DNA of 29,211 nucleotides from a virus (taxonomy: Duplodnaviria > Caudoviricetes): the IMG/VR virus record IMGVR_UViG_3300025803_000071, positions 1 to 29,211 of that record, one strand, 5' to 3'. The notes beneath the pieces are model-generated. The model saw only the letters and a list, made by a program, of their open reading frames with translations, was not told the origin of the DNA and made no database searches. Position numbers and translations under genes: made by a program. Of this stretch, positions 8,082 to 16,697 are shown piece by piece (position 1 is the first letter of the stretch; every line of letters begins with the position of its first letter).

Positions 8082-8397
8082 AATATTGTTTTTGTCTTCT
8101 TTTACCTAAATAAGGTAACATTTCCTCCATAAAGTGTAAAGCACGATAGCCTTTTAACCAAAATCGCCAAACTTGTTTGTGATGTTCTTTTTGTTTTTTC
8201 TTTTTTTTATGAATATTTCCATTTGTTTTAAAATAATATTGAAATCTTTTGACGACATCTTCATCTGTCATCTGTACTTCTAGTACAGCTGAAGGCGTCC
8301 ACCCATTTGGTCTTTTATTAACACCAAACCAACCTTCACCTTCAAATATACCAGCTAAAAAAATTAATTGTTCTCTTTTTGAGAGATTTTCAAACAT
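7936..8397 (-). CDS. Free-standing single-motif LAGLIDADG endonuclease
   Basis: FLAGIFEGEGWF, VQMTDEDVV, MLPYLGKRR; 3' end overlaps the holin-like gene by 146 nt. Confidence 0.85.
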   Translation of the reverse strand: MFENLSKREQLIFLAGIFEGEGWFGVNKRPNGWTPSAVLEVQMTDEDVVKRFQYYFKTNGNIHKKKKKQKEHHKQVWRFWLKGYRALHFMEEMLPYLGKRRQKQYYDVVKIIGNGPKNWSPLISEQAKNQTSNVGCTTSARRKDASGRDSLRG

Positions 8398-8403
8398 TCA
8401 AAT

Positions 8404-8640
8404 CTATAACAGATCTTTATAATAATCGCTACCCTTAAATATCATTCCGCCTGTTGATTTTTTATCTACTTTTGGGGATCTTAAAATATTTAAAGCTTGA
8501 GATATCTGTGATTCTTGTGAGATAGAAGGATCTACATCATTTTTCATAATATCATCAAATTTTTTATGAAGATCAGGTCTATTTTTTAAAACCTTTTTAG
8601 CAATCTTACTACCAACGTATTGTAAAACTTTAGCGACCAT
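8404..8640 (-). CDS. Small basic tagged protein
   Basis: 78 aa ending KKSTGGMIFKGSDYYKDLL. Confidence 0.8.
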   Translation of the reverse strand: MVAKVLQYVGSKIAKKVLKNRPDLHKKFDDIMKNDVDPSISQESQISQALNILRSPKVDKKSTGGMIFKGSDYYKDLL

Positions 8641-8782
8641 TATTTAAGTTCCTACAAAGTAAACAACCTTTTTTAAATTTTTCATGTTTCCAACAAGGCT
8701 CTTTAACAACTTCTTTTTGTTTATAAATAATTGGTGGAAAAAATAAACACCAAACCCATCTTGCTATTTTTTTAAAAATCAT
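8630..8782 (-). CDS. 50-aa protein with hydrophobic N-terminus and CxxH-x6-CxxC motif
   Basis: Hand translation MIFKKIARWVWCLFFPPIIYKQKEVVKEPCWKHEKFKKGCLLCRNLNNGR; GAGGT RBS; ATGA overlap. Confidence 0.7.
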   Translation of the reverse strand: MIFKKIARWVWCLFFPPIIYKQKEVVKEPCWKHEKFKKGCLLCRNLNNGR

Positions 8783-8952
8783 CTTACACCTCTAAAGTTA
8801 AAACCTTTGACTTGGATACCTTTAGTTCCTCTTACATCTACACACTCACTACAACAAGCATCTCCGCCTGTGTTCATTTTAATTGGTGGCACTTGTGAGT
8901 TTGGTCCACTTTTAGGTGGAACTGTTTTTGTTAATCTCTTATTTTTAATCAT
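8779..8952 (-). CDS. 57-aa tagged protein
   Basis: Hand translation MIKNKRLTKTVPPKSGPNSQVPPIKMNTGGDACCSECVDVRGTKGIQVKGFNFRGVR; ATGA overlaps at both ends. Confidence 0.8.
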   Translation of the reverse strand: MIKNKRLTKTVPPKSGPNSQVPPIKMNTGGDACCSECVDVRGTKGIQVKGFNFRGVR

Positions 8953-9509
8953 AATAAACTTTTATCTACATTAGAGCTTACCACAATCTCACCACCATGT
9001 TCAAACGATTGTGAAACAGGTGTCTTACACGGAGGATAAGTTCCATCAGGACATAATTGTTTGTTATTGTTATTGTTATCTGGTATTGTTGCAGGTCCTG
9101 TTGTTTTTTGACCTGTAGTTAACATCTCGCCACCTAGAATATCATTTTGACGAGCATCTTTTAAATTTTTTCTATTATACAAACCTTGTGAAATTTTATT
9201 AAACGCATAAGTAAAAGGTCCTATAGTTGGAACTTGAACAGGTCCTGTTCTAACTTGAACTTGAGGTCCCCCTGTGCTGGTTGGACTTGATCCCTTAGCA
9301 CCAAATTGATTTGTGCTTTGATGAGTATAACCTCCTTCACCACCTGTATCTCCAGGTCCTGGTGTGTTTACTCCAAAATCAGCTTTAGATGCATCTGCAC
9401 CACCTTTAGCTTTTAAAATTTTATTACCATATTTCTTAGACCACTTTTTTGCGATCTCTGGTTCATTCGCATACATGTATCTTCTTTGCTTTTCAGATTT
9501 AAAAGGCAT
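8949..9509 (-). CDS. Low-complexity tagged protein downstream of portal
   Basis: MPFKSEKQRRYMYANEPEIAKKW N-terminal domain; KAKGG and FEHGG; TAATG coupling to portal. Confidence 0.8.
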   Translation of the reverse strand: MPFKSEKQRRYMYANEPEIAKKWSKKYGNKILKAKGGADASKADFGVNTPGPGDTGGEGGYTHQSTNQFGAKGSSPTSTGGPQVQVRTGPVQVPTIGPFTYAFNKISQGLYNRKNLKDARQNDILGGEMLTTGQKTTGPATIPDNNNNNKQLCPDGTYPPCKTPVSQSFEHGGEIVVSSNVDKSLL

Positions 9510-11848
9510 TATCTTTTATTGTCCTTTTTTGGTTGTTGCATTTTCTGTGCAGTTAAATCTATTTTCTCTTCTGCAATTCTAATTCTCTCTTCAGCTTGAT
9601 CTTCAGCAGATTCTAACTTCATTTTATCAAAGTCTAATCTTTCTTCAAATTCCATTTCTTTTCTTTCTGCGTCTTGCTGATTTTCCATAGCTTTTCTTTG
9701 TAAATCCATAGCTCTTAAATCTAATTCTCTTTGTTTCAATGCAACTAATGGATCTTCTTTTTGTCCACCAGCTTCTTCTTGAGCTAACATCATTGTAATC
9801 TCAGCAACTTTTTTAGCGACCATAGAATCAAATAATATTTTAAATCCTTGTGGGTCTTGTTGTGCTTGCATTTGTAATTCTGGTGTATTCTGAATCATAT
9901 CTCCTATTTCACCATGAGCTTTTAATGCAATGTGGTCAGATATGTGTCCTTGTAGTAAAGCATATACCATTGGATTGATTTGAACCATTCTTGTAGCCAT
10001 AAATGCTCTATGAGCTGCAATATGTGAATCATGATCTTGTTCAGGAAACGCTTTTAGCATTTGCATCTGTAATGATTTAGCATTTTCAGTTGCAGGATCC
10101 TCAGGTTGTGGTTGTAATTCAGGTTTTAACAAAGCATCAATGTTTTTTGTTCCTAAAGCTTCATAAACTCTTCTGTAAGCTTCTCTTAAATTGTGCATTT
10201 GTGGATTTGAAGCTGCAATTTTTAAATTCTCGTTTGCTAAAGTGACTCTTTGAGCCATTGAGAAGATATTTGGGTCTGCAACAGGGATTACATCCACTCT
10301 ATCGTCAAAATCTTGTAGTTTTACGAATCGATCTGCGTTTGTAACTGCATATGGATACACAGGAGGCAGATAATCTGCAAAAACTTTTGATAAAAGTCTA
10401 AATTCTTGTCTCATAGCGTAGTAACAACGCTTGTGAATAGCGCTCATGACCCTTGAACCACGCTCTAACAACGCAATTGTCGTTCCAACAGCTCTATTTT
10501 GACTGTCTTCACCCATTTGCATGTCTGCAATCGCTGCAAAACGTTGTCCAGCTTGTACAACAAAGCCTAAAAGTTGGAATAAAGTACTACTTGGCTCTTT
10601 AAAAGGTAAAATTTGGAATTGATCTTTGATATTTCCTCCAGGTGCATCAACATCTCTGAACTCACCAGGTTGAAAAGGTTGGTCATCGTCACGAATTCTT
10701 ATACCTCTAGACTTAAATCCAGCAGGTAAGTTCGCTAAAGTACCTGCATCGAGCAATTGTCTTAGTGCTTGAGTAGCAGACCTAGATAATCCACCAATCA
10801 TATGGATTAAACCAAAGCCATAAAAACCTAATCCAGGTAAAAATTTGTAATGTACAAAGTATTCTTTTCTAGATTGTGTGTCATCATCTTCGCTGTAGTT
10901 TCTATAAATAGATAAAACTTCTCCTGAACCTTCATCTATTGAAACAATGTAAGGTAATTTAACTTCTTTCTCTGCATTCTCAACTTCAAACTCGTTCAAG
11001 TTTAAATCAATATGCATTTCTAAAATATTATATTGATATTCTTTTTCTCCAGCAGGTTTTACACCTTCTAGTTCATTTAACTTATCTTGTATTGGACTCT
11101 TGTCAGCTTGCTTTGGTATTAATTCTACATCTCTATAGAATCCTGCTTTCTGTTGTTTAAGAACATCATTCTCTGACATCTTAACAATGTGTGTAATTCT
11201 TTCACAATCTTTTAAATCAGTTGCGTAATATGGAACAATTAAATCTTCAGCAGGTACAAATTTAGCAACTGCTCTTTGTTTGATTTCATCGTAATAAATT
11301 TTTTTAAATGCAGATCCTGCTAATGGTAAATAAAATAATAATTGATCTGTGTCTGGTGTGTATTCTTCCATTTGTTCCATCAACATATAGTTCATGAAAT
11401 CTTTAACACGTTCTGCTTGTTGTGATACTTCTGGAGTGTCAGCACCAATGACTTGAGTTCTTACAGGTCCATCACTTGGTAATAATTCTTTATACGCTTG
11501 CGCTTGAAATTGTGTTACAGCTTCAGATAAAAGCGGATGGGTTACACCACTTGCACCTTGGAAAGGTCTTGTGTTTTGCACATACTTAAATCCAAGAAGG
11601 TCTAAACCTTGTGTGTAAGCTTGTTCCCAATCCGCTCTTGAAACTTTATCTTTTTTATAATCCTGAATAAGTTGTGAAGACATACGGCCAAGCGTTCGCT
11701 CGTCCATATCTTCAGCTAAGTTTCTGTAAAAATCTTCTTCTGGTTCTGGAGCCTCGTCTGGAGTTTCCTGACCCTCAACTTCTACATCAACTTCTGACTC
11801 TTCAACTTCTTCTTCAGGAAGTTCATTTTGTTTTTCTACTTCAGCCAT
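9509..11848 (-). CDS. Portal protein (P22-like, long C-terminal coiled coil)
   Basis: 779 aa; HPLLSEAVTQFQAQAYKELLP, LPLAGSAFKKIYYD, YKFLPGLGFYGFGL, RQLLDAGTLANLPAGFK; between terL and scaffold. Confidence 0.92.
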   Translation of the reverse strand: MAEVEKQNELPEEEVEESEVDVEVEGQETPDEAPEPEEDFYRNLAEDMDERTLGRMSSQLIQDYKKDKVSRADWEQAYTQGLDLLGFKYVQNTRPFQGASGVTHPLLSEAVTQFQAQAYKELLPSDGPVRTQVIGADTPEVSQQAERVKDFMNYMLMEQMEEYTPDTDQLLFYLPLAGSAFKKIYYDEIKQRAVAKFVPAEDLIVPYYATDLKDCERITHIVKMSENDVLKQQKAGFYRDVELIPKQADKSPIQDKLNELEGVKPAGEKEYQYNILEMHIDLNLNEFEVENAEKEVKLPYIVSIDEGSGEVLSIYRNYSEDDDTQSRKEYFVHYKFLPGLGFYGFGLIHMIGGLSRSATQALRQLLDAGTLANLPAGFKSRGIRIRDDDQPFQPGEFRDVDAPGGNIKDQFQILPFKEPSSTLFQLLGFVVQAGQRFAAIADMQMGEDSQNRAVGTTIALLERGSRVMSAIHKRCYYAMRQEFRLLSKVFADYLPPVYPYAVTNADRFVKLQDFDDRVDVIPVADPNIFSMAQRVTLANENLKIAASNPQMHNLREAYRRVYEALGTKNIDALLKPELQPQPEDPATENAKSLQMQMLKAFPEQDHDSHIAAHRAFMATRMVQINPMVYALLQGHISDHIALKAHGEIGDMIQNTPELQMQAQQDPQGFKILFDSMVAKKVAEITMMLAQEEAGGQKEDPLVALKQRELDLRAMDLQRKAMENQQDAERKEMEFEERLDFDKMKLESAEDQAEERIRIAEEKIDLTAQKMQQPKKDNKR

Positions 11849-11850
11849 TA

Positions 11851-12207
11851 TTATGTAATGATAGTTCTTTTATTTTTCCCTAACTTACAGCCTCTAGCCA
11901 TTACGCCGTTTTTAGCTTTAATCATTTTACCAGTTTTAGCACCATCATATGGGCCTAAACCAAATGCATCACCATATCCTAAGAAATCAGCTCCGCTTGA
12001 TTTTTTAGTCATTGGTTTCTTTTTAGGTAACATTGAAGCACTCATTGCTTTAGATAAAGCTGTGTCATTAGCCATTTCTGAACCAAGATCACCTGTATCT
12101 ACTTGTGCTGCTTTTGCCATTGCTTTGTTTCTAGCACCTAGCATTTTAGCTCCAGCCATACCAATTAAGGCTGCACCGATAGCTTTTTTTATTTTTTTGC
12201 TTGCCAT
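11851..12207 (-). CDS. Small basic Ala/Gly/Met-rich protein with degenerate tags
   Basis: AGGAG RBS; hydrophobic IGAALIGMAGAKML; AKTGKM, AKNGVM, MARGC. Confidence 0.8.
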   Translation of the reverse strand: MASKKIKKAIGAALIGMAGAKMLGARNKAMAKAAQVDTGDLGSEMANDTALSKAMSASMLPKKKPMTKKSSGADFLGYGDAFGLGPYDGAKTGKMIKAKNGVMARGCKLGKNKRTIIT

Positions 12208-12225
12208 GATAATTATCTCCTATTT

Positions 12226-12253
12226 GTTATAACAGATTTATAATATCATGCAA
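12226..12253 (-). promoter_or_regulatory. Possible sigma70-like promoter
   Basis: Minus strand TTGCAT-16 nt-TATAAC with extended -10 TG. Confidence 0.4.
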
Positions 12254-14477
12254 ATATATTTACGACTAGACCACCCTCATTGTAAGCTTTGAAAGGCTTA
12301 TTGATCATATCTGGAGAGATCTTAATCGCATATACGTCATAAAATAAATCTGGATCATTTGGTGCCATTCTTACAATATCAGCATTGTCGCCATATCTTC
12401 CAACATAATATTGAGCTTCTGCTTCTGTTTTAAATGCAGCGATATGCTCATCAATTTTTTTCTTATCGCCATAACCAAATTCTTTTTTACCCTGATTTGT
12501 TCTAACTACTTTAAACTGTTTATCAGGATCTGATTTAGCGACAGGTATTGTCTTTACCTCAGAGTTATATTCTCTAGCTAATCGTTTCATCTCCGCAGGT
12601 AGAGTTGCTTCTTTATTAGGATCCGTTAAAATTTCTCTATCTTTTTTCTTACTAAATACTTTATAGTTTTTAAAACCAGCTTTACCAAATCTATTTCCAT
12701 AAAACTCTATATCCCCTAAAAACTTTTCTCTTTTCAAATGGTGTAGTCTTTCTACAGGAGAGATTCCAACCCACTGTATCCCTCTATCTACTGCATCTTT
12801 AATTGTATTTTTCAAAGCATGTCCACCCCAGTTCTGTTTTCCGAATAAAGGTAAGAATGGAATTGAATCTGTTTGTTTTCTAGTATTAATGTTTGCTAGG
12901 TTCATTGAGTTCGCTTTAATTTCATCAAACTCAGATTTAAGTTCTCTAAATCGTTTCATGTCCGCATTTGTTTGCTTCATACCTTTTCTTGTAATGTTAG
13001 TCATCTCGTTTACGATTGCATCTAACTTTCTATTTGATGAGAAAAATTCTATTTCAGAACCAAATGCATTTTCAACTCTATCTCTTGCAGGGTTTACATC
13101 TCTAAGTTTTTGATTGTAGTCAGATTGTATTTCATCAATCATTTGAATTTTTTGATTGTCTGCCGTCTTACGAATACTTCCTCTTACATGATATACCTGG
13201 TTAGGAATACCGCTGTAATGTCTATTAAAGTCATAAGGTAATGTTTGACCCATTGGTAATGGTTTAGGATAGTAAACTACATTTTCAAAATACTCATCAC
13301 CACCTTTGAGTCTATATTCAGAGTGGTTTCCATACTTCGGTCTAAACCCTTGTGATTCTTGTAGCTGTAGTTTTCTAAATATTTCTGTATCTCTTCGTTT
13401 TAATAGGTTAGTTGCATTTGCAACGTCATCACTAACATTCAGTCCTAAGTTTCTAGCTTGAGTTATTATGTTTTCATAGCTGTCTACAGAATCTTTAAAA
13501 GGTGATGCACTAAAACGATCATAGTCATCAGATGCTACTTCTCTAAACTTATAGTTCATTCTTGCATTAATCTTTAAATTGGATTTTTGCACTGCATTAA
13601 TATTCTCTAATAAACTAGATAATCGTTGAGTTTGTGTATCTGATCTTGTAGGCATAGCCGTGATTTGTGCTCTAATAGTATCTAAATTATTATTCATAGT
13701 ACGTGCTACATCTTCTGCTTCATCTACGATTTTAACATCAGTCATGTACTTTCTAGTTTTAAGATTGTTCACAGGAGCTTTTTCGACAATGTAAAGTAAA
13801 TCCATTTTAGTTAATGGAATCTTTTTATCTTGAGCGACTTTTAAAAAGCCACCTATTAAATTACCTTGTTTATCAAACTGTGCAATGTTGGAGTCCCATA
13901 ACTCTTCTTTCTTTACCCCTTGAGAAATACTTTTAAAATCAGGATTACCTGTTTTAAAAGATCCAGGGCCAGTAGATTTAAAATCTCTAATCCATTCATC
14001 TGCTTTTCTTGCACCTGCAATCGGGTGTCTTGCAATGTAATCCCATAGTGAAGATCCGATACGATTAGTAGAACCTCCTCTAGATAGTGGATTGTTATAA
14101 GCAATCTTTTTTAGCTCATTTGATTTTTGAATAGCTTCTTGTCTAATTTGTTCTTGTAATGAGATTTGAGGTTTAGTCATTGCTTGACCTCTTTCAACTC
14201 TTGTTGGAGCAATCTGTAATACTTCTTCTACCTGATCAACTGGTTCCTTGATCCGCGATACTGGATTCTTTGGCGTTGTCTTAGCCATAATACGATTAAT
14301 GGCTCTACCGATAGGAGTTCTAAGAGCCACGGCTCCTGCACCAGCAACCGCTAATCCCGCTACACCCTTCAAGGCGCTCGGTTCATAAGGTTCTGCGTAT
14401 TCTGAATTACCTACAGGAACATTAGATGTAGGTTCATCTTCTATGATCTCTTGTTTCTTTAAAGCTTCTAGGCTCAC
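12246..14477 (-). CDS. Large putative internal virion/ejected protein with HxR...EIQSD core
   Basis: 743 aa; YHVRGS..IDEIQSDY..PFLP..WGGHALK pattern recalled from large polyvalent phage proteins; ends KAYNEGGLVVNIFA; GTG start, GGAG RBS. Confidence 0.75.
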   Translation of the reverse strand: MSLEALKKQEIIEDEPTSNVPVGNSEYAEPYEPSALKGVAGLAVAGAGAVALRTPIGRAINRIMAKTTPKNPVSRIKEPVDQVEEVLQIAPTRVERGQAMTKPQISLQEQIRQEAIQKSNELKKIAYNNPLSRGGSTNRIGSSLWDYIARHPIAGARKADEWIRDFKSTGPGSFKTGNPDFKSISQGVKKEELWDSNIAQFDKQGNLIGGFLKVAQDKKIPLTKMDLLYIVEKAPVNNLKTRKYMTDVKIVDEAEDVARTMNNNLDTIRAQITAMPTRSDTQTQRLSSLLENINAVQKSNLKINARMNYKFREVASDDYDRFSASPFKDSVDSYENIITQARNLGLNVSDDVANATNLLKRRDTEIFRKLQLQESQGFRPKYGNHSEYRLKGGDEYFENVVYYPKPLPMGQTLPYDFNRHYSGIPNQVYHVRGSIRKTADNQKIQMIDEIQSDYNQKLRDVNPARDRVENAFGSEIEFFSSNRKLDAIVNEMTNITRKGMKQTNADMKRFRELKSEFDEIKANSMNLANINTRKQTDSIPFLPLFGKQNWGGHALKNTIKDAVDRGIQWVGISPVERLHHLKREKFLGDIEFYGNRFGKAGFKNYKVFSKKKDREILTDPNKEATLPAEMKRLAREYNSEVKTIPVAKSDPDKQFKVVRTNQGKKEFGYGDKKKIDEHIAAFKTEAEAQYYVGRYGDNADIVRMAPNDPDLFYDVYAIKISPDMINKPFKAYNEGGLVVNIFA

Positions 14478-14695
14478 TACTTAACTCCAGTGAACTTCGT
14501 TCCTTGTATTGCTACTCCGCCTCCAGTACTATAATTATCTACACCTTCAGGTCTTAAATAATCTTCTGGATGTTCTTTTACAGGATCATACATTTTACCA
14601 TCTACCATGTATGGATCTCCTAGATAAACAATGTTCTTATCTCCCATTGCCATATCTCTAGCTTTAGGCATTTTCTTTTTTTTATTTTTTGACAT
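14477..14695 (-). CDS. Small tagged protein
   Basis: 72 aa ending YSTGGGVAIQGTKFTGVK; coupled on both sides. Confidence 0.8.
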   Translation of the reverse strand: MSKNKKKKMPKARDMAMGDKNIVYLGDPYMVDGKMYDPVKEHPEDYLRPEGVDNYSTGGGVAIQGTKFTGVK

Positions 14696-15018
14696 TATAG
14701 TAAATCCTTAATGTAATCTCCGCCTTTAGTAATTTCGACTTCCCCACCTGTTTTCATTTTAGCATTACCTGTTGCTTTTTGATAAAGATCAGTGACCATG
14801 TTTTTTTTATTACTTACATATTCTGTATCGTTCGGTGTAGCCGTAGCTGTTTTCTTAGTTGCTTTACTTAAAGCTTTTGCTCCAAGTGCACCTAATGCAA
14901 GAACTCCTAAAACTGCTTTAATAGGTTTTATAGGTTTATTTTTCTTTTCTTTTTTAGCATCCTCAGTTGCTTTCTTTAAAGCTTCTAAGTATTTTTTATA
15001 TTCTGTAGCTTCATCCAT
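14695..15018 (-). CDS. Small basic tagged protein; paralog of 1..112
   Basis: Start moved to ATG 15018 (MDEATEYKKYLEALKK) overlapping the terL stop; ends KMKTGGEVEITKGGDYIKDLL. Confidence 0.85.
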   Translation of the reverse strand: MDEATEYKKYLEALKKATEDAKKEKKNKPIKPIKAVLGVLALGALGAKALSKATKKTATATPNDTEYVSNKKNMVTDLYQKATGNAKMKTGGEVEITKGGDYIKDLL

Positions 15019-16489
15019 AATAACTATATTCCTTCGGTACTTTATAAAATTCTTCTTCATAGTCACTTAACATTTCTATGAAGTTTCCTTGACGATATCT
15101 TAACACAGCCTGTGTGGTACTGTCGACATAGTCATCATGAGCTCCATGTGGAAATGCTGCACATTCCTCAATCACTTCTTCAGCATATTTCTCGTCTTCT
15201 GGATAGTAAACTTGCCCACTTTCGAATACTGGAGCGGTGGCGTTGACCCGTGAATGCTTATCTTTTCCCCTTGATGGTACGAATGGGATGACAGGGATCC
15301 CCATTCTTCTGAACTCCTGCATGAGTGGTTCCCCTGTAGCCTTAGCCTCAATGATCACGGACTCAGGTTCCCAATATTTATATTGATCCAAAGCAACTGC
15401 TTTTAGTTCTGGAAAGTCAAATTTACCTTTGAGTGCATCTAATAATATCATTGCAGGTTTACCATCTTCTTTTGGAAAGAAGACACCCCAAGTTGTGATA
15501 GCTGAATAGTCAGCAGTTTCTTTTGCACTAAATGCAGTATCGTACGATTGAATAACATGTTGCAGTTTTGGAATATTTCTTTTAGTCCATGGTTGCCACC
15601 ATTCTCTTTTTAAGATTGCACCTTCTTCAGATGTAGGTTCCTGCATATACTGAGCAGACCAGTTTCTGATTGGAAGTGATGCTTTAACTTTTTCTAATTC
15701 TTCTAGTTCCCAATACTCAGGCCAAACAGGTTTACCTGAATCTAATATTGCAGGAAATGAAATTACATTCCACTTGTCAGCTTTAGGTTCAGCTTGAGCC
15801 TTGATTAATCTTCCTGTCAAATCATCTTCAGCCCATCTTGTCATTACAACTACAATTGAGCCTCCAGGTTGTAAACGTTGTCTAGGTCCTGACACGTACC
15901 AATCATATGCACGTTCCATAGCTGAATCAGACATTGCATCTTGTTCAGTGTGTGGGTCGTCGATAATAAGTAAGTCCGCCCCTCGTCCTGTGATAGAACC
16001 GCCTACCCCCGCTGCAAAGTATTCCCCACCATGATTGGTCTCCCAACGTCCTTTTGCCTTACTATCTTCTCGTAGTTTAACATCTCCAAATATATTTTTA
16101 TACTCCTTCTGTTCCATTAGGTTACGAACCTTAGAACCAAATCTTGATGATAGTTCTGCGTTGTGTGAAACTTGCATAATTTTCAGATTGGGAAACTTCC
16201 CTATCATCCAAGCAGGAAATAAGAATGATGCAAATTCTGATTTGGTATGCCTAGGGGGCATATTGATAATGAGCCTCCCTTTTTTCTGTTTAGAAATTTT
16301 TGTAAACTCTGAAGCTATATGTTGATGGTGGCCCCACTTTTTAGGATTAGGGTCCAATCTACATATAAAATCAGGCCATACTTCTTTCACAAAATATATA
16401 AAATTATCCTGGCACAACTTTATGTGCTCAATCCATTTTTTTTCTACAGCTAATCTAAGCTGTTCATTGGTTAATAATTCTTTTTGCAT
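15011..16489 (-). CDS. terL: Terminase large subunit
   Basis: Walker A MPPRHTKS, ITGRGADLLIIDDPH Walker B, MTRW, QSYDTA, HDDYVDSTTQ nuclease motif. Confidence 0.96.
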   Translation of the reverse strand: MQKELLTNEQLRLAVEKKWIEHIKLCQDNFIYFVKEVWPDFICRLDPNPKKWGHHQHIASEFTKISKQKKGRLIINMPPRHTKSEFASFLFPAWMIGKFPNLKIMQVSHNAELSSRFGSKVRNLMEQKEYKNIFGDVKLREDSKAKGRWETNHGGEYFAAGVGGSITGRGADLLIIDDPHTEQDAMSDSAMERAYDWYVSGPRQRLQPGGSIVVVMTRWAEDDLTGRLIKAQAEPKADKWNVISFPAILDSGKPVWPEYWELEELEKVKASLPIRNWSAQYMQEPTSEEGAILKREWWQPWTKRNIPKLQHVIQSYDTAFSAKETADYSAITTWGVFFPKEDGKPAMILLDALKGKFDFPELKAVALDQYKYWEPESVIIEAKATGEPLMQEFRRMGIPVIPFVPSRGKDKHSRVNATAPVFESGQVYYPEDEKYAEEVIEECAAFPHGAHDDYVDSTTQAVLRYRQGNFIEMLSDYEEEFYKVPKEYSYYG

Positions 16490-16501
16490 TGGGTCCCCTT
16501 T

Positions 16502-16530
16502 AATTTAACCCATAATAAAATTATTGTCAC
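16502..16530 (-). promoter_or_regulatory. Possible promoter for terL operon
   Basis: Minus strand GTGACA-17 nt-TAAATT, with ATGGGT in the spacer. Confidence 0.4.
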
Positions 16531-16659
16531 TACGTTTGTAAATCAGAGTTTAAAGGCCAGATCATCAGATACATTTGGAACGCTTAGCGTGGCACAAGAT
16601 GTGGTGTAAAAGTTTATATGTTGCTACTAGGTTTGGTACCTCTATGAAGTACGAGATGG

Positions 16660-16690
16660 CAGGTGATGTAGCCCCGAAGGGCTACACCTG
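16660..16690 (-). terminator. Hairpin with cUUCGg tetraloop downstream of 16698..16955 (terminator or RNA stabiliser)
   Basis: Minus strand TGTAGCCC-TTCG-GGGCTACA with extended CAGG/CCTG pairing; no U tract. Confidence 0.55.
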
Positions 16691-16697
16691 TTGGTGA

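Noticed and set aside
15019-15066. N-terminal extension of 14695..15066
   Set aside because: Lies inside terL; the paralog at 1..112 fixes the start at 15018
2190-16325. Numerous plus-strand ORFs in the late region (e.g. 3626, 4097, 5694, 11828, 14792, 15801, 16035)
   Set aside because: Antisense shadows of well-supported minus-strand genes, with no recognisable motifs
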